DNA of 52,045 nucleotides from NCBI GenBank assembly GCA_028864905.1, contig JAGWLP010000003.1, positions 1 to 52,045 on the forward strand. Direction: 5' to 3'. Below are positions 10,423-25,310 of this stretch, piece by piece (position 1 is the first letter of the stretch; each line of letters begins with the position of its first letter). The position numbers were made by a program, and so were the translations under genes. The notes beneath the pieces are model-generated. The model was not told the origin of the DNA and ran no database searches. It worked only from the letters and a program-made list of their open reading frames with translations. Origin of the DNA: Gammaproteobacteria bacterium (GTDB lineage Bacteria; Pseudomonadota; Gammaproteobacteria; Natronospirales; REEB76).

Positions 10423-12162
10423 CTATTTCTTGCCTTTGAGCGCCTTGTCCTTCTGGTGGCGCTTGCCCTCGGCGTCATACGCGCGGTTGATCCACCATTG
10501 CTGCGCGATGGTGAGGATCGAATTCGGCAGGTAGTACAGCACCAGACCCGAGGGGAAGACCGCGTAGAACGCCACGAAGATCAAGGGCATGAACTTGAAC
10601 AGCCGCTGTTGCATCTTGTCGGCGGTGATCTGCGGCTGGACGTGTGCCTGCAGGAAATACGCCAGGCCATAGATTATCGGCAGGATGAAATACGGATCCG
10701 GCGCCGAGAGATCGTGAATCCACAGAACCCACGGCTGCTGGCGCAGCTCCACGCTGTACACCAGCACGTAATACAGGGCAAAGAAAATCGGGAACTGGAT
10801 GATCATCGGCAGACAGCCGCCCAGCGGGTTGATCTTCTCCTTCTTGTAGAACTCCATCTGCGCCTGCGCGAGCTTCTGCTTGTCGTCCCTGTAGCGCTCC
10901 TGCAACGCCTTGAGGCGCGGCTGCACGGCGCGCATCTTGGCCATGGAACGGAACGCCACGTGATTGAGCGGGAAAAACACCAGCTTGACCAGTACCGTGA
11001 GCAGAATGATGGCCCAGCCCCAGTTGCCCACCAGACCGTGCAGGAAGTTCAGGAGCTTGAACAAGGGTTCGGCGATGATGGTGAATTTGCCGTAATCCAC
11101 CGTGAGTTGCAGACCCGGCGCTACTTTCGGCAGCAAGTTTTGCAGCTTGGGACCGAGGTAAAACCGGTCGCTGAAGCTCGCGTTGGCGCCGGGCGCCACG
11201 GTTTTGATGCTGCCGATGGTGCCGACCAGATAACGCTCGTCACCGAGTGACTGCGTGTAGTAGAGATTGCTGGCGTTGTGTTCCCCGGGAATCACCGCGC
11301 TCAAAAAATAATGCGTGACCATGGCGGTCCAACCGCCGGCGCTGGTGAGATTCACGGGCTTGTCGGCCAAGTCCTTGAATTCGAATTGCTGATAGCCGCC
11401 GCTGCCATCCAGGGCCATGCGCTGGTAGTCGTAGCGATGCATGCTGAACATGCTGGCAAACAGGCCATGCGGCAGATTGATGTTGTAGCGGCTCGCGAAC
11501 TGCGCATAGGCCGCGCCGCTCCAGGCCTGCGCGGAGTCGTTGTGCAATTCATAGCGCAGATCAATCTGGTAACTGCCGCGCGTGAAGGTATAGGTCTTCT
11601 CGATCGTGAGCCCTGCCGGGCTTTTCCAGCTGAGTACTACCTCCAGGGTTTTCTGTCCGGGTGCGAGTTGATAATGGGTTTGGCTCGCCGTGTAGAGCGC
11701 GCTGTCGCCGGGCGCCGCCGGGCCGGAATGGGTCTGCAATCCGGACTGCGCCACCAGCAGATTTGCAGGGTCCGGATTCAGCACTTTCACGCGCGCCGGC
11801 TGGTGCAGCTCTTGCGGATAGGCGAGCAACTCCGCCTGCTGCAGCTCGCCGCCGGCGGTATTGATGGTGACGGCGAGCAGATCGGTACGCACCATAATCG
11901 GCTCGCCTGCTGCCTGTGCGCGGACTTCCCGCGCGAGTGCCGCAGCGGTCTTGGCCACATTGGTCGCGGCGACTGGCGCTGAGCCGGGGGCCGCGGGGAT
12001 CTGGGGAAGCGCTGCGGTCGCGGCCGACGGCGCAGTCGTAGCCGCAGCAGTGGGCGTGCCCAACGGTGGCGGTTTCGGGCCGTAATCGCGCATCCAGGCC
12101 TGATAAATCAGGAACGCCACCAAGATCAGCGCCGCGAACAGGAACAGCCGGCGGTTATCCAT
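10423..12162 (-). CDS. yidC: Membrane protein insertase YidC
   Basis: N-terminal TM, large periplasmic domain, [26 protein letters not shown]; syntenic position. Confidence 0.97.
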   Translation of the reverse strand: MDNRRLFLFAALILVAFLIYQAWMRDYGPKPPPLGTPTAAATTAPSAATAALPQIPAAPGSAPVAATNVAKTAAALAREVRAQAAGEPIMVRTDLLAVTINTAGGELQQAELLAYPQELHQPARVKVLNPDPANLLVAQSGLQTHSGPAAPGDSALYTASQTHYQLAPGQKTLEVVLSWKSPAGLTIEKTYTFTRGSYQIDLRYELHNDSAQAWSGAAYAQFASRYNINLPHGLFASMFSMHRYDYQRMALDGSGGYQQFEFKDLADKPVNLTSAGGWTAMVTHYFLSAVIPGEHNASNLYYTQSLGDERYLVGTIGSIKTVAPGANASFSDRFYLGPKLQNLLPKVAPGLQLTVDYGKFTIIAEPLFKLLNFLHGLVGNWGWAIILLTVLVKLVFFPLNHVAFRSMAKMRAVQPRLKALQERYRDDKQKLAQAQMEFYKKEKINPLGGCLPMIIQFPIFFALYYVLVYSVELRQQPWVLWIHDLSAPDPYFILPIIYGLAYFLQAHVQPQITADKMQQRLFKFMPLIFVAFYAVFPSGLVLYYLPNSILTIAQQWWINRAYDAEGKRHQKDKALKGKK

Positions 12163-12385
12163 GACGATGCTTCAGCCCGGGCACGGGATCGTAACCACCG
12201 GGATGCAATGGATGGCAGCGCAGCAGTCGCCACAGGGCCAGCCCGCCGCCACGCAATGCGCCAAAACGCTGGATCGCCTCGAGAGCGTACGCGGAACAGG
12301 AAGGCTCAAAACGGCAGTGGCGGCCAAGCAGCGGGCTCACGAAATAGCGATACCCGCGGATGAGGAGAATCAAGACGCTGCGCAT
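12155..12385 (-). CDS. yidD: Membrane protein insertion efficiency factor YidD
   Basis: [10 protein letters not shown] and [14 protein letters not shown]; between rnpA and yidC. Confidence 0.93.
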   Translation of the reverse strand: MRSVLILLIRGYRYFVSPLLGRHCRFEPSCSAYALEAIQRFGALRGGGLALWRLLRCHPLHPGGYDPVPGLKHRHG

Positions 12386-12738
12386 CGCTTTGTCATTTCC
12401 TGCCAATGCCATTCCAAACTGGCGCGTAGTTCGGGCTTACTCGCCCCGGAAGCGCGCGCTTTGACCTGCACCACAATGTCCGCCGCTGGCAATGTGGCCC
12501 GCCGTGCACGAAAGCTGGCCCGGATTTGGCGCTTAAGGCGGTTGCGGGCCACGGCACCGGCCACCGCAGAGCGCGCCACGCTGATTCCCAGCCGGGCTAT
12601 CGGTCCGTTGGGATGCGCATAAACACGGAAACACCCATCGCTGGAAAACCGACCGTGCTTGAATACCCAGCTGAATTCCGCCAGGGTCCGCAGCCGCGCT
12701 GCGACCGGAAACCCGGTGCTCGCCTGACCTACGGGCAG
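12370..12738 (-). CDS. rnpA: Ribonuclease P protein component (start uncertain, candidate CTG)
   Basis: Frame reads ...[18 protein letters not shown]...[10 protein letters not shown]...[16 protein letters not shown] (RNR motif). No ATG/GTG/TTG occurs upstream of the conserved FP..RL block; CTG 12738 is proposed. Confidence 0.85.
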   Translation of the reverse strand: MPVGQASTGFPVAARLRTLAEFSWVFKHGRFSSDGCFRVYAHPNGPIARLGISVARSAVAGAVARNRLKRQIRASFRARRATLPAADIVVQVKARASGASKPELRASLEWHWQEMTKRCAAS

Positions 12739-12863
12739 AGGCTGGCCCGGCCTTTGGCGCGACGGGCGCTCAGCACCTGACGACCGCGTTTGGTGGCCAT
12801 GCGTGCACGAAAGCCATGAGTGCGCTTTCGGTGCAACTTGCTGGGCTGATAGGTTCTTTTCAT
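12729..12863 (-). CDS. rpmH: 50S ribosomal protein L34
   Basis: [39 protein letters not shown], 44 aa. Confidence 0.98.
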   Translation of the reverse strand: MKRTYQPSKLHRKRTHGFRARMATKRGRQVLSARRAKGRASLCP

Positions 12864-12915
12864 GGCGTGATTCCGGCAGGGTATGCCTTTCGGGCGGGAC
12901 GCAGGCAAAGGCGCG

Positions 12916-12946
12916 ATATTAGACGGATGCTCAGGCTTGCTGTCAA
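12916..12946 (-). promoter_or_regulatory. Putative sigma70 promoter of rpmH
   Basis: Perfect -35 TTGACA followed by TCTAAT (17-bp spacer) or TAATAT (19-bp spacer). Confidence 0.55.
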
Positions 12947-12978
12947 CACGGTGCCTGTGCGTGCCTACGGGTTGTGTC

Positions 12979-12987
12979 TGTGGATAA
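12979..12987. promoter_or_regulatory. DnaA box upstream of dnaA (autoregulation)
   Basis: Perfect TGTGGATAA in the rpmH-dnaA intergenic region. Confidence 0.75.
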
Positions 12988-13086
12988 CCACTGGCAACCG
13001 GTATAGACTGCCTCGCCTCTTGCGGCAGCATTTTCGCACGCTGCTGAATTAGAACGTATCACCTTGCAACCACCGGGGGTTTGCGC

Positions 13087-14409
13087 ATGGCATCGCTATG
13101 GACGCGGTGTATGGATCATTTGGAGCATGAGCTTACGGAACAAGAGCTCAACACCTGGATCCGGCCGCTACACGTTCAGGAGGATGCCGAGACCTTGCGC
13201 CTGCTGGCGCCTAACCGCTTCGTTATGGACTGGGTGCGGGATCGGTTCCTGCCTCGTATCTCCAGGCTGGCCCGGGAGCTGGCTGAGGATCGTAACCGCC
13301 AAGTCCTGCTCGAAGTGGGCGCGGCACAGGAAGTCCCACCTGTGGAGACTGCGTTTGCGGCTGGCGGCACCGGTCTGATTGCTACCCCTGGCAGTGGTCT
13401 CAATCCCGCTTATACCTTTGAAACCTTTGTCGAGGGCAAGTCCAATCAGTTCGCGCTGGCGGCAGCAAGGCAAGTAGCCGAAAACCCTGGTCGCGCCTAT
13501 AACCCCCTTTTCATCTATGGGGGCGTGGGTCTGGGCAAGACCCATCTTATGCAAAGCGTGGGCCAGATGATCCAGAAGCGGCGGCCCCAAGCACGCATTG
13601 CGTATGTACACTCCGAGCGCTTTGTGAATGACATGGTGCGCGCGCTTCAGCACAACACCATCAATGAATTCAAGCGCCAGTACCGGACGCTGGACGCCCT
13701 GCTCATTGACGATATCCAGTTTTTCGTTGGCAAAGAGCGATCCCAAGAGGAATTCTTCCATACTTTCAATGCGTTACTCGAAGGCCAACAGCAAGTAATC
13801 CTGACCTGTGACCGCTACCCCAAGGAAGTTGAGGGGCTGGAGGAACGGCTTAAATCGCGTTTTGGTTGGGGCTTAACCGTACCCATAGAGCCGCCTGAGC
13901 TCGAAACCCGGGTAGCCATCCTGATGCAGAAGGCGGTGCGTGAAAACGTTGTATTGCCCAGTGAAGTCGCATTCTTCATTGCTCAGCGCATCAGTTCCAA
14001 CATCCGTGAGCTGGAAGGAGCATTACGCAGAGTTACGGCCAACGCGCAGTTCACCGGTCAGACCATTACCCTGGAAAGCACCCAGGAGTGGCTTAAGGAC
14101 ATCCTAGCTCGCCAAGAAAGACTAATAACGCTGGATAACATCCAGAAGACCGTGGCTGATTATTTCCATGTGAGAGTGGGAGATATGCTTTCGAAGCGGC
14201 GCAGCCGCTCGATTGCCAGACCACGCCAAGTCGGCATGTGTCTGGCAAAGGAGCTTACGACCCACAGCTTGCCGGAGATTGGCGATGCTTTTGGGGGCCG
14301 CGATCACACCACTGTCTTGCACGCCTGTCGCAAGATACAGGAGCTGCGGCAATCGGATGCGCGCATCAACGAAGACTACCAAACTTTAGTCAGGACACTA
14401 ACCGCTTGA
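13087..14409 (+). CDS. dnaA: Chromosomal replication initiator DnaA
   Basis: [32 protein letters not shown] and [12 protein letters not shown]. Confidence 0.99.
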   Translation: MASLWTRCMDHLEHELTEQELNTWIRPLHVQEDAETLRLLAPNRFVMDWVRDRFLPRISRLARELAEDRNRQVLLEVGAAQEVPPVETAFAAGGTGLIATPGSGLNPAYTFETFVEGKSNQFALAAARQVAENPGRAYNPLFIYGGVGLGKTHLMQSVGQMIQKRRPQARIAYVHSERFVNDMVRALQHNTINEFKRQYRTLDALLIDDIQFFVGKERSQEEFFHTFNALLEGQQQVILTCDRYPKEVEGLEERLKSRFGWGLTVPIEPPELETRVAILMQKAVRENVVLPSEVAFFIAQRISSNIRELEGALRRVTANAQFTGQTITLESTQEWLKDILARQERLITLDNIQKTVADYFHVRVGDMLSKRRSRSIARPRQVGMCLAKELTTHSLPEIGDAFGGRDHTTVLHACRKIQELRQSDARINEDYQTLVRTLTA

Positions 14410-14630
14410 TGGATTGTGGATAAACTGTGGAACATTCCGCGTTTGATGTTTGTTCCCACTTCATGAACATGTTGCCAATATCATCTATTTGAAGGATACA
14501 CAGGTTTACTGGCGGCTATATTGTTGAAAACAAAGGGAAATATACAATATTCACAGTTTTGCGTGGACTAATTAAGATTACCTATTATTCTGAGAACTGT
14601 TTAGTTATTTATAACCAGTTTGGTGCATAA
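14410..14630. other. Probable oriC (dnaA-dnaN intergenic)
   Basis: 221-bp AT-rich spacer. Perfect DnaA box TGTGGATAA at 14415-14423, degenerate boxes TGTGGAACA 14426-14434 and ATATTCACA 14547-14555, then an AT-rich DUE-like tract (ACTAATTAAGATTACCTATTATTC). Confidence 0.75.
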
Positions 14631-15731
14631 ATGAAATTTGAAACCCTGCGAGAGACGCTTCTTTCACCGGTGCAAACGGTTGCGGGGGTTGTGGAGCGCC
14701 GCCAGACGATGCCGATTTTGGCTAATCTTTTGTTGACTGTTGGCGATACCGGCTTGGCCGTCACAGCGACCGATACGGAGGTTGAACTGGTTGCTACCAC
14801 CAATGTGGATATCAAGGAAAAAGGCGAAGTAACCGTTCCTGCGCGCAAGTTGCTGGATATTTGCAGGGCGCTGTCGGAAGGTGTGAAAGTTGTAGTTGTG
14901 CTTGATAAGGGTAAATTAACATTACGTTCTGGTCACAGCCGCTTTACTCTGGCCACATTGCCCGCTGCCGATTTTCCGCTCGTCGAAGACATCAAGCCGG
15001 AGCGTAGTTTTCGTGTAGTGCAGGCAAAGTTGCGGGATCTATTGACCAGGACAGCGTTTTCAATGGCACAACAGGATGTGCGCTATTACCTGAATGGTCT
15101 GCTTCTGGAAGTCGGTGAGCAGCAGTTGCGGGCAGTCGCTACTGATGGGCACAGGCTGGCCTTGTGCGACCTGAAAGCCGCGTTTGGTGGAAATGGCATC
15201 CAGCAGGTCATCGTTCCGCGGAAAAGCGTACTCGAGCTGCAAAGGCTGATGGGCGAGCGTGACGAAGAGGTTTCAATTGATCTTGGTACTAATCACATTA
15301 GGGTCACGATGGCCGGAATTCGGCTCACATCGAAGCTAATTGATGGTCGTTTCCCGGAATATGAGCGCGTACTGCCGAAGGGTGGTGACAAGATATTGAA
15401 TGCCAGCCGGTCTGAACTCTATGAGGCACTGCATCGCGCCGCAATCCTCTCAAACGAGAAATACCGGGGTGTTCGTCTGCAAGTTGGGGCCAAAAACCTG
15501 AAGATCCTGGCGCACAACCCCGAGCAGGAAGAAGCTGAGGACGAGATTGAAATCCAGTATCAAGGCGGAGATCTCGAGATTGGGTTCAATGTGACGTATC
15601 TCCTGGAAGCCCTGTCGGCGCTGGATCAGGAACGCGTGCAGATTACGCTCACCGATGCTAATAACAGCTGTCTCATCAGTGCACCGGAAAATGAGCTCTG
15701 CCGCTACGTGGTCATGCCAATGCGGCTATGA
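14631..15731 (+). CDS. dnaN: DNA polymerase III beta sliding clamp
   Basis: ATDGHRLA, SKLIDGRFPEY and C-terminal YVVMPMRL; 366 aa. Confidence 0.99.
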   Translation: MKFETLRETLLSPVQTVAGVVERRQTMPILANLLLTVGDTGLAVTATDTEVELVATTNVDIKEKGEVTVPARKLLDICRALSEGVKVVVVLDKGKLTLRSGHSRFTLATLPAADFPLVEDIKPERSFRVVQAKLRDLLTRTAFSMAQQDVRYYLNGLLLEVGEQQLRAVATDGHRLALCDLKAAFGGNGIQQVIVPRKSVLELQRLMGERDEEVSIDLGTNHIRVTMAGIRLTSKLIDGRFPEYERVLPKGGDKILNASRSELYEALHRAAILSNEKYRGVRLQVGAKNLKILAHNPEQEEAEDEIEIQYQGGDLEIGFNVTYLLEALSALDQERVQITLTDANNSCLISAPENELCRYVVMPMRL

Positions 15732-15743
15732 CCGAAGGTCATT

Positions 15744-19258
<3,515 letters not shown>

Positions 19259-19264
19259 GCGTGA

Positions 19265-20020
19265 CTAGCCCCCTGAGTCCTTTTTTTCCAGTACCAAACA
19301 GCGGTAACTGGGGCTGATTTCCCGCATCTGAGCTTCAATCCAGTTCTGAATCTCGGTGTTCACTTCGTCCGGCGTTCGGTTACGCGCGTACACGGGTTTG
19401 CCAATGCGCAGCTGTACGATGCCGGGATATTTCAGGAAGGCGTTGCGTTTCCAGAAATCGCCGGCGTTGTGGGCTACCGGCACGATGGGCCGGCCGGTCT
19501 TGGCCGCGAGCAGCGCGCCGGACAGGCCGTAGCGACGCGTGGTACCCGGCGGCATGCGGGTACCCTCGGGGAAAATCGCCACCCATAATCCGGTTTTGAG
19601 CCGCATCTGGCCCATTTCCAGCACCTGTTTCACCGCCGAATGTCCCGCCTGGCGGTTGATGGCGATCGGTTCGAGCGCGTAAATCGCTTGGCCGATAATG
19701 GGCAGCCACAGCAATTCGCGTTTCAGCACCCAGCTCTGCGCGGGGAAAATCAGTAGCTGCGCCATGGTTTCCCAGGTGGACTGGTGTTTCCAGTAGGTGA
19801 TGGCATTTTCCCGCGGAATGTTTTCCAGCCCTTCCGCTTGGTAAGTCAGCCGACAGACGTGCTTGAGAACGAAAAATTGCCACACCACCCATTGACGCGC
19901 AATGCGGTGGCCGAAGCGTTTGCCGGCAGGCAAAGGGGCGAGGAGCGCTATGAGGGTGCTGAACAGCAAGGCCGTACCGACCATGAACAGGTTGTAGATC
20001 AGCGAGCGCAGCCAGATCAT
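19265..20020 (-). CDS. plsC: 1-acyl-sn-glycerol-3-phosphate acyltransferase
   Basis: KHQSTWET and IFPEGTR acyltransferase motifs; position after gmhB. Confidence 0.88.
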   Translation of the reverse strand: MIWLRSLIYNLFMVGTALLFSTLIALLAPLPAGKRFGHRIARQWVVWQFFVLKHVCRLTYQAEGLENIPRENAITYWKHQSTWETMAQLLIFPAQSWVLKRELLWLPIIGQAIYALEPIAINRQAGHSAVKQVLEMGQMRLKTGLWVAIFPEGTRMPPGTTRRYGLSGALLAAKTGRPIVPVAHNAGDFWKRNAFLKYPGIVQLRIGKPVYARNRTPDEVNTEIQNWIEAQMREISPSYRCLVLEKKDSGG

Positions 20021-20562
20021 GATTGGACTTCACGCACGAGCTGATCCGCGGCGGCGGCGAGGTCGGCGAATACCTCCACACGCCGTGCTGCCTGCAAACT
20101 TTGCAGAGTTTTTTTGCCACTACCAGTCAGTACCAGGAAGGGACGCGCACCTACACGTTCCGCCGCTTCGATGTCACGCAGCGAATCACCGATTACCGGC
20201 ACGTCGTGCAAATCGACGTGCAGCTGTTCGGAAATTTTCTTGAGGAGGCCCGGTTGCGGCTTGCGACAGTTGCAGCCGTCCTCGGGGCCATGTGGGCAAT
20301 AGAAAATTCCGGCCAGGCTGCCGCCAGCGTGCTCGACGGCGGTCTGCATCCGACGGTGAATGGCATCCAGTGCAGTGAGATTAAACAGGCCGCGCGCGAC
20401 GCCCGCCTGATTGGTGGCGACGGTTACGGTAAAACCGACGCGGTGCAAGCGCGCGATGGCTTCCAGGCTGCCGGGAATCGATACCCACTCCGCCGGCGAT
20501 TTGATGTAGGCGTCCGAGTCGTAGTTGATGACGCCGTCACGGTCCAGGATGACCAGTTTCAT
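20017..20562 (-). CDS. gmhB: D-glycero-beta-D-manno-heptose 1,7-bisphosphate 7-phosphatase
   Basis: HAD motif LDRDGVIN, TNQ, CPH..C.CRKP and GDS. Confidence 0.93.
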   Translation of the reverse strand: MKLVILDRDGVINYDSDAYIKSPAEWVSIPGSLEAIARLHRVGFTVTVATNQAGVARGLFNLTALDAIHRRMQTAVEHAGGSLAGIFYCPHGPEDGCNCRKPQPGLLKKISEQLHVDLHDVPVIGDSLRDIEAAERVGARPFLVLTGSGKKTLQSLQAARRVEVFADLAAAADQLVREVQS

Positions 20563-22658
20563 TCCACTTGCAACAGGCTGATGTCGGCGATGCGGAGAAA
20601 AGCGTCGCGAATGTGCTGCAGCAGTGCGAGCCGGTTATTGCGCAACGCCGGATCCGGGTCCATGACCAGCACCCGGTCAAAAAAGCGGTCCACCGGCCCG
20701 CGCAGAGCCGCGAGCTTTTTCAGGGCGCTGCCATAATCCCCCTGATGCGCAAGGCCACGCGCATCCTCTCCCAGTTTTGCGAGTTTCCCGTGCAGCGCGA
20801 GTTCCGCAGGCTCGCGCAGCAGCCCATCCTGTACTCTCAGGGATTCCGTATGGCCCGCTTGTCGCAGGATGTTGCCGATGCGTTTGTTGGCGGCCGCGAG
20901 GCTCGCTGCCTCGGGCAGCGTCAGGAATGTATTCAAAGCCTGTATGCGCCGCTGAAATTCGAGCGGCTTTCCCGGGTTGCAGGCGCGCACCGCATCGTAG
21001 ACGTCGGTACGGATGCCGGCTTCCAGGAAACAGGCCCGCAGCCGATCCATAAGAAAATCGTATATCTCCCTGACCAGGGCCTGTGGGTCTCGGGGCTGCG
21101 CGGGTTGTAGTAGCTGAAGCGCGACACGCACGAATTCCGACATATCCAGGTCAATTTCGCGCTCAACAATGATGCGCATCAAACCCAGTCCGGCACGCCG
21201 CAGGCCGTAGGGATCTTTGTCGCCTGTGGGTCTTTGGCCAGTGGCGAATATACCGGCAAGGGTGTCGAGTTTGTCGGCAATGGCCAATGCCTGCCCGGTT
21301 TGAGTTACGGGCAGTGCGTCGCCGGCGTAGCGCGGTCGATAGTGCTCGCCTATGGCCTGAGCGACTTCCTCCGGCTCGCCGTCGTGGCGCGCATAGTCAG
21401 CGCCCATCACGCCCTGCAACTCCGGGAACTCGCCCACCATGCCCGTGACCAGGTCGCACTTGCAGAGCTGTGCGGACCGTTCCGCAAATTGCGGATTGCC
21501 GCCGATTGCCTCTGCAATCTGCGCGGCAAGCTTCGTTACGCGTCGCGACTTGTCGCCGTAGGAGCCCAATTCCTTCTGGAACACGACGCGATTCAATTCC
21601 GCGATGCGCGATTCCAGCCTTGTTTTGCGATCGCTGTTCCAAAAGTACATGGCGTCTGTAAGCCGGGGTACGATCACACGCTCATTGCCGCGCCGCACTT
21701 CCGCTGGTCGCTTGCTTTGAATATTGCTGATGGCGACGAACTGGGGCAAGAGCTTGTTTTTGGAGTCGCGTAACGGGAAATAACGCTGTTGGGTTTGCAG
21801 CACGGCAACCATCACTTCGTCGGGCAATGCCAGGAACTTGGCGTCAAAATGCCCGGTAATTGGGACCGGCCACTCGACGAGCGCCGCGACTTCCTGCAAC
21901 AGTGCTGCGTCCAGTTGTGCGCGACCGCCAGCCTGTTTCGCCGCCCGCGTGACGAGCACACCGATCTTTCTCGCCAGCGTACCTGCGCGGTCCTCCACCA
22001 GCACCTTGCCGGTGGTCGCCAGTACCTTGCGGTAATCCTGTGGATGTTTGAGTACGATCGCGGAGGGATGGTGGTAGCGATGGCCGTAAGTCTTGTGGCC
22101 GCTCTGGACCCCAAGTATTTCTGCCTTGAGCGCACGCGAGCCGAGCAGCATGACCACCCAGTGCACAGGCCGCACAAACTCGGCTTCGCCTGCACCCCAA
22201 CGCATGCGTTTTGGTACGGGAAGTTTAACCAGCGCTTCAGCCACTATTTGCGGCAGCAGTTCGGCCGCGGTTTGACTCTCGAGCTTAAGCCTGTAGGCCA
22301 GGCGCTCGCCTTTAACGGTCTGTCTGTGTTCCAACTGACCGACAGTTACCCCGCAGGATCTGGCGAAGCCTTCGGCGGCTTTGGTAGGCCGGCCCTCGCC
22401 ATCAAAGGCCGCGCTGAACGCTGGCCCCAAGCGCTCCTCGGTACGGTCACTTTGTTTGATAAGGATCCTGGGCAGGTAAATTGCAAGCCGCCGAGGTGAG
22501 AAATAGGTTTCGCCCGCGCTGAAACTTTCCGGGCAAAGCCGATTGTGTTTGAGCTGCTCGAGAACGCTGCTATGGAAAGCCCCTGCCAAACCCGCCAAAT
22601 CTTTGGGCGGCAGCTCTTCGGTGCCGATTTCCATGAAAAAGGGCTGGGAATCAGCCAT
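20559..22658 (-). CDS. glyS: Glycine--tRNA ligase beta subunit
   Basis: [27 protein letters not shown] and C-terminal NNRLALL. Confidence 0.97.
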   Translation of the reverse strand: MADSQPFFMEIGTEELPPKDLAGLAGAFHSSVLEQLKHNRLCPESFSAGETYFSPRRLAIYLPRILIKQSDRTEERLGPAFSAAFDGEGRPTKAAEGFARSCGVTVGQLEHRQTVKGERLAYRLKLESQTAAELLPQIVAEALVKLPVPKRMRWGAGEAEFVRPVHWVVMLLGSRALKAEILGVQSGHKTYGHRYHHPSAIVLKHPQDYRKVLATTGKVLVEDRAGTLARKIGVLVTRAAKQAGGRAQLDAALLQEVAALVEWPVPITGHFDAKFLALPDEVMVAVLQTQQRYFPLRDSKNKLLPQFVAISNIQSKRPAEVRRGNERVIVPRLTDAMYFWNSDRKTRLESRIAELNRVVFQKELGSYGDKSRRVTKLAAQIAEAIGGNPQFAERSAQLCKCDLVTGMVGEFPELQGVMGADYARHDGEPEEVAQAIGEHYRPRYAGDALPVTQTGQALAIADKLDTLAGIFATGQRPTGDKDPYGLRRAGLGLMRIIVEREIDLDMSEFVRVALQLLQPAQPRDPQALVREIYDFLMDRLRACFLEAGIRTDVYDAVRACNPGKPLEFQRRIQALNTFLTLPEAASLAAANKRIGNILRQAGHTESLRVQDGLLREPAELALHGKLAKLGEDARGLAHQGDYGSALKKLAALRGPVDRFFDRVLVMDPDPALRNNRLALLQHIRDAFLRIADISLLQVE

Positions 22659-23580
22659 GAACGCGTTTCTTCTGCTTTGCAGCATGTTTGAGCAGGGGGA
22701 AGCCGAGAGCTTCGCGGCTCTGGTGATAGTTTTCGGCCACGCCGCGCGCCAGCGTGCGCACCCGCAGGATATAGCGCTGGCGCTCGGTCACGGATATCGC
22801 GCGGCGTGCATCCAGGAGATTGAAGGTGTGCGAGGCCTGCAGGACCTGTTCGTAGGCAGGCAACGGCAGATTTTTTTCCAGCAGCCGTTGGCACTCGCGC
22901 TCGCAGGTGTCGAACCAGCCGAATAGTGCTTGAGTGTTCGCCTGCTCGAAATTGTACTTGGACTGTTCGATCTCGTTCTGGTGAAACACATCGCCGTAGG
23001 TGACGCGACCGAGCGGGCCGTCAGTCCAGAGCAGATCGAACACGCTTTCCACTTCCTGCAAGTACATGGCGATGCGCTCGATGCCGTAGGTGATTTCACC
23101 CGTCACCGGCCGGCATTCGAGGCCGCCCACCTGCTGGAAGTACGTAAATTGCGAGATCTCCATACCATTCAACCACACTTCCCAGCCAAGACCCCAGGCG
23201 CCGAGCGTTGGGGATTCCCAGTTGTCCTCCACGAAGCGAATGTCGTACACCAGTGGATCAAGACCGAGGCCGCGCAGCGAGCCCAGGTAAAGATCTTGGA
23301 AGTTTTCTGGTGAAGGCTTGATAGCTACTTGAAACTGGTAATAGTGCTGCAGACGATTGGGGTTCTCGCCGTAGCGGCCGTCGGTGGGTCTGCGGCTGGG
23401 TTGTACGTAGGCGGCCGACCAAGGCTCGGGACCGATGGACCGCAGGAATGTGGCCGGGTGGAAGGTCCCCGCCCCTACCGGCATGTCCAGCGGCTGGAGC
23501 AGCACGCAACCCTGCCCGGCCCAGTAACGCTGCAGCGCGAGGATCAAGTCTTGGAAGGTCAAGGGGCTCTTGGCGGCCAT
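22651..23580 (-). CDS. glyQ: Glycine--tRNA ligase alpha subunit
   Basis: [27 protein letters not shown] and [15 protein letters not shown]. Confidence 0.98.
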   Translation of the reverse strand: MAAKSPLTFQDLILALQRYWAGQGCVLLQPLDMPVGAGTFHPATFLRSIGPEPWSAAYVQPSRRPTDGRYGENPNRLQHYYQFQVAIKPSPENFQDLYLGSLRGLGLDPLVYDIRFVEDNWESPTLGAWGLGWEVWLNGMEISQFTYFQQVGGLECRPVTGEITYGIERIAMYLQEVESVFDLLWTDGPLGRVTYGDVFHQNEIEQSKYNFEQANTQALFGWFDTCERECQRLLEKNLPLPAYEQVLQASHTFNLLDARRAISVTERQRYILRVRTLARGVAENYHQSREALGFPLLKHAAKQKKRVHG

Positions 23581-23667
23581 CGGATGGTTCAGGGTGGCGG
23601 TCTGAAAAGGCGGTAAGTATAGCGGCTTCAAGCAGTTACGTCAGTTTCAAACACCAAACTTGGCGAA

Positions 23668-23704
23668 TGCGCCTATTATGTGCAGCATGCACTTGTATGG
23701 TGCA
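23668..23704. promoter_or_regulatory. Tandem NtrC enhancer sites upstream of glnA
   Basis: TGCGCCTATTATGTGCA (23668-23684) and TGCACTTGTATGGTGCA (23688-23704) versus consensus TGCACCA-N3-TGGTGCA. Confidence 0.8.
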
Positions 23705-23755
23705 AATAGAAGCAGCCGTGTGGCTTGTTGGTGCCTATAAACTGGCGTTTCTGGC

Positions 23756-23771
23756 TGGCACGCAGCTTGCT
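23756..23771 (+). promoter_or_regulatory. Sigma54 (-24/-12) promoter of glnA
   Basis: TGGCACGCAGCTTGCT, exact TGGCAC-N5-TTGCW. Confidence 0.9.
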
Positions 23772-23813
23772 TTCTCCAAAGGGAATTTATCCAACCTCAC
23801 TGCGGAGATAGCC

Positions 23814-25232
23814 ATGACTGCCAAGAGCCCTAGCGATGTACTCGAGCTGCTTGCGAAAGAAAACGTGAAATTCGTGGACTTCCGCTTCACCGACACCCGC
23901 GGCAAGGAACAGCACGTGAGCGTTCCAGCCCACACGGTAAGCGAAGAATTGTTCGAGGACGGAAAGATGTTCGACGGCTCTTCCATTGCCGGCTGGAAGG
24001 GCATCAACGAGTCGGACATGATTCTGATGCCGGACGTGGACTCCGCAGTAATTGACCCGTTTTTTGAGGAGACCACGCTCAACCTGCGCTGCGACGTGAT
24101 CGAGCCCTCCACCATGCAGGGTTACGGCCGTGATCCGCGCTCGCTCGCCAAGCGCGCCGAGGCCTATCTGAAGTCCACCGGCATTGCCGATATCGCCTAC
24201 TTCGGTCCGGAAAATGAGTTCTTTATTTTCGACACCATCCGCTGGGGCGCTGACATCAGCGGCGCGTTCTACAAGATTGATTCCAGGGAAGCTCACTGGA
24301 ACTCGGCAACCGCCTACGAGGACGGCAACTTCGGTCACCGCCCCGGCATAAAAGGTGGCTATTTCCCGGTACCGCCGGTGGATGCGCTGCAGGACATCCG
24401 CTCGGCCATGTGTCTGTCGCTGGAGGAAATGGGCCTGACGACGGAAGTGCACCACCATGAGGTGGCCACAGCCGGCCAATGCGAGATTGGCGTGGGGTTC
24501 GGCCACTTGGTGCAGAAGGCCGACGCGGTGCAGATTCTCAAATACGTGGTAATGAACGTCGCGCACGCTTATGGCAAGACCGCCACCTTCATGCCCAAAC
24601 CGTTGGTGGGCGACAATGGCAGCGGCATGCACGTGCACCAGTCCTTGGCCAAGGACGGCAAGAACCTGTTCAGCGGCAACCTTTACGGGGGTTTGTCGGA
24701 ACTCGCGCTCTACTACATCGGCGGCCTTGTTAAACACGCGCGCGCGCTCAACGCAATCACCAATGCCAGTACCAATAGTTACAAACGCCTGGTGCCGCAC
24801 TTCGAGGCGCCGGTGATGCTCGCGTATTCCGCTCGCAACCGCTCGGCCTCGATCCGCATTCCCTACGTGTCAAGCCCCAAGGCGCGACGCATCGAGGTGC
24901 GCTTCCCGGATTCGTCCGCCAACCCCTACTTCGCGTTCAGCGCCATGATGCTTGCCGGGCTCGACGGCATTCAGAACAAGATCCATCCGGGCGAGGCCAT
25001 GGACAAAGACCTCTACAACCTGCCGCCCGAGGAGGAAAAGAACATCCCGCAGGTGTGCTTCTCACTGGAGATGGCGCTTGAGCACCTGGACAACGATCGT
25101 GAATTCCTCAAACGCGGCGGCGTGTTCACCGACGATGTGATTGACGCCTACCTCACACTCAAGATGCAGGACGTGACGCGGTTGCGCATGAGCACGCATC
25201 CGGTGGAGTTCGACATGTATTACAGCCTGTAG
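23814..25232 (+). CDS. glnA: Glutamine synthetase type I
   Basis: [35 protein letters not shown] and adenylylation loop DLY; SD GGAG before ATG 23814. Confidence 0.99.
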   Translation: MTAKSPSDVLELLAKENVKFVDFRFTDTRGKEQHVSVPAHTVSEELFEDGKMFDGSSIAGWKGINESDMILMPDVDSAVIDPFFEETTLNLRCDVIEPSTMQGYGRDPRSLAKRAEAYLKSTGIADIAYFGPENEFFIFDTIRWGADISGAFYKIDSREAHWNSATAYEDGNFGHRPGIKGGYFPVPPVDALQDIRSAMCLSLEEMGLTTEVHHHEVATAGQCEIGVGFGHLVQKADAVQILKYVVMNVAHAYGKTATFMPKPLVGDNGSGMHVHQSLAKDGKNLFSGNLYGGLSELALYYIGGLVKHARALNAITNASTNSYKRLVPHFEAPVMLAYSARNRSASIRIPYVSSPKARRIEVRFPDSSANPYFAFSAMMLAGLDGIQNKIHPGEAMDKDLYNLPPEEEKNIPQVCFSLEMALEHLDNDREFLKRGGVFTDDVIDAYLTLKMQDVTRLRMSTHPVEFDMYYSL

Positions 25233-25269
25233 CGCCGACGGGGACTTGCAGGAGCAACGCCGCCGGCAT

Positions 25270-25310
25270 AAAAAAGCCGGCGTACCGGGAATGGGAGTCG
25301 GTACGCCGGC
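25270..25310 (-). terminator. Intrinsic terminator on the minus strand
   Basis: 12-bp perfect stem GCCGGCGTACCG/CGGTACGCCGGC followed on the minus strand by TTTTTT. Confidence 0.75.

Noticed and set aside
14161-14176. parS-like TATTTCCATGTGAGAG in dnaA
   Set aside because: Too many mismatches, including within the CACGTG core.
23448-23813. N-terminal extension of the glnA ORF
   Set aside because: Spans the glyQ start, the NtrC boxes and the sigma54 promoter; the true start is 23814.
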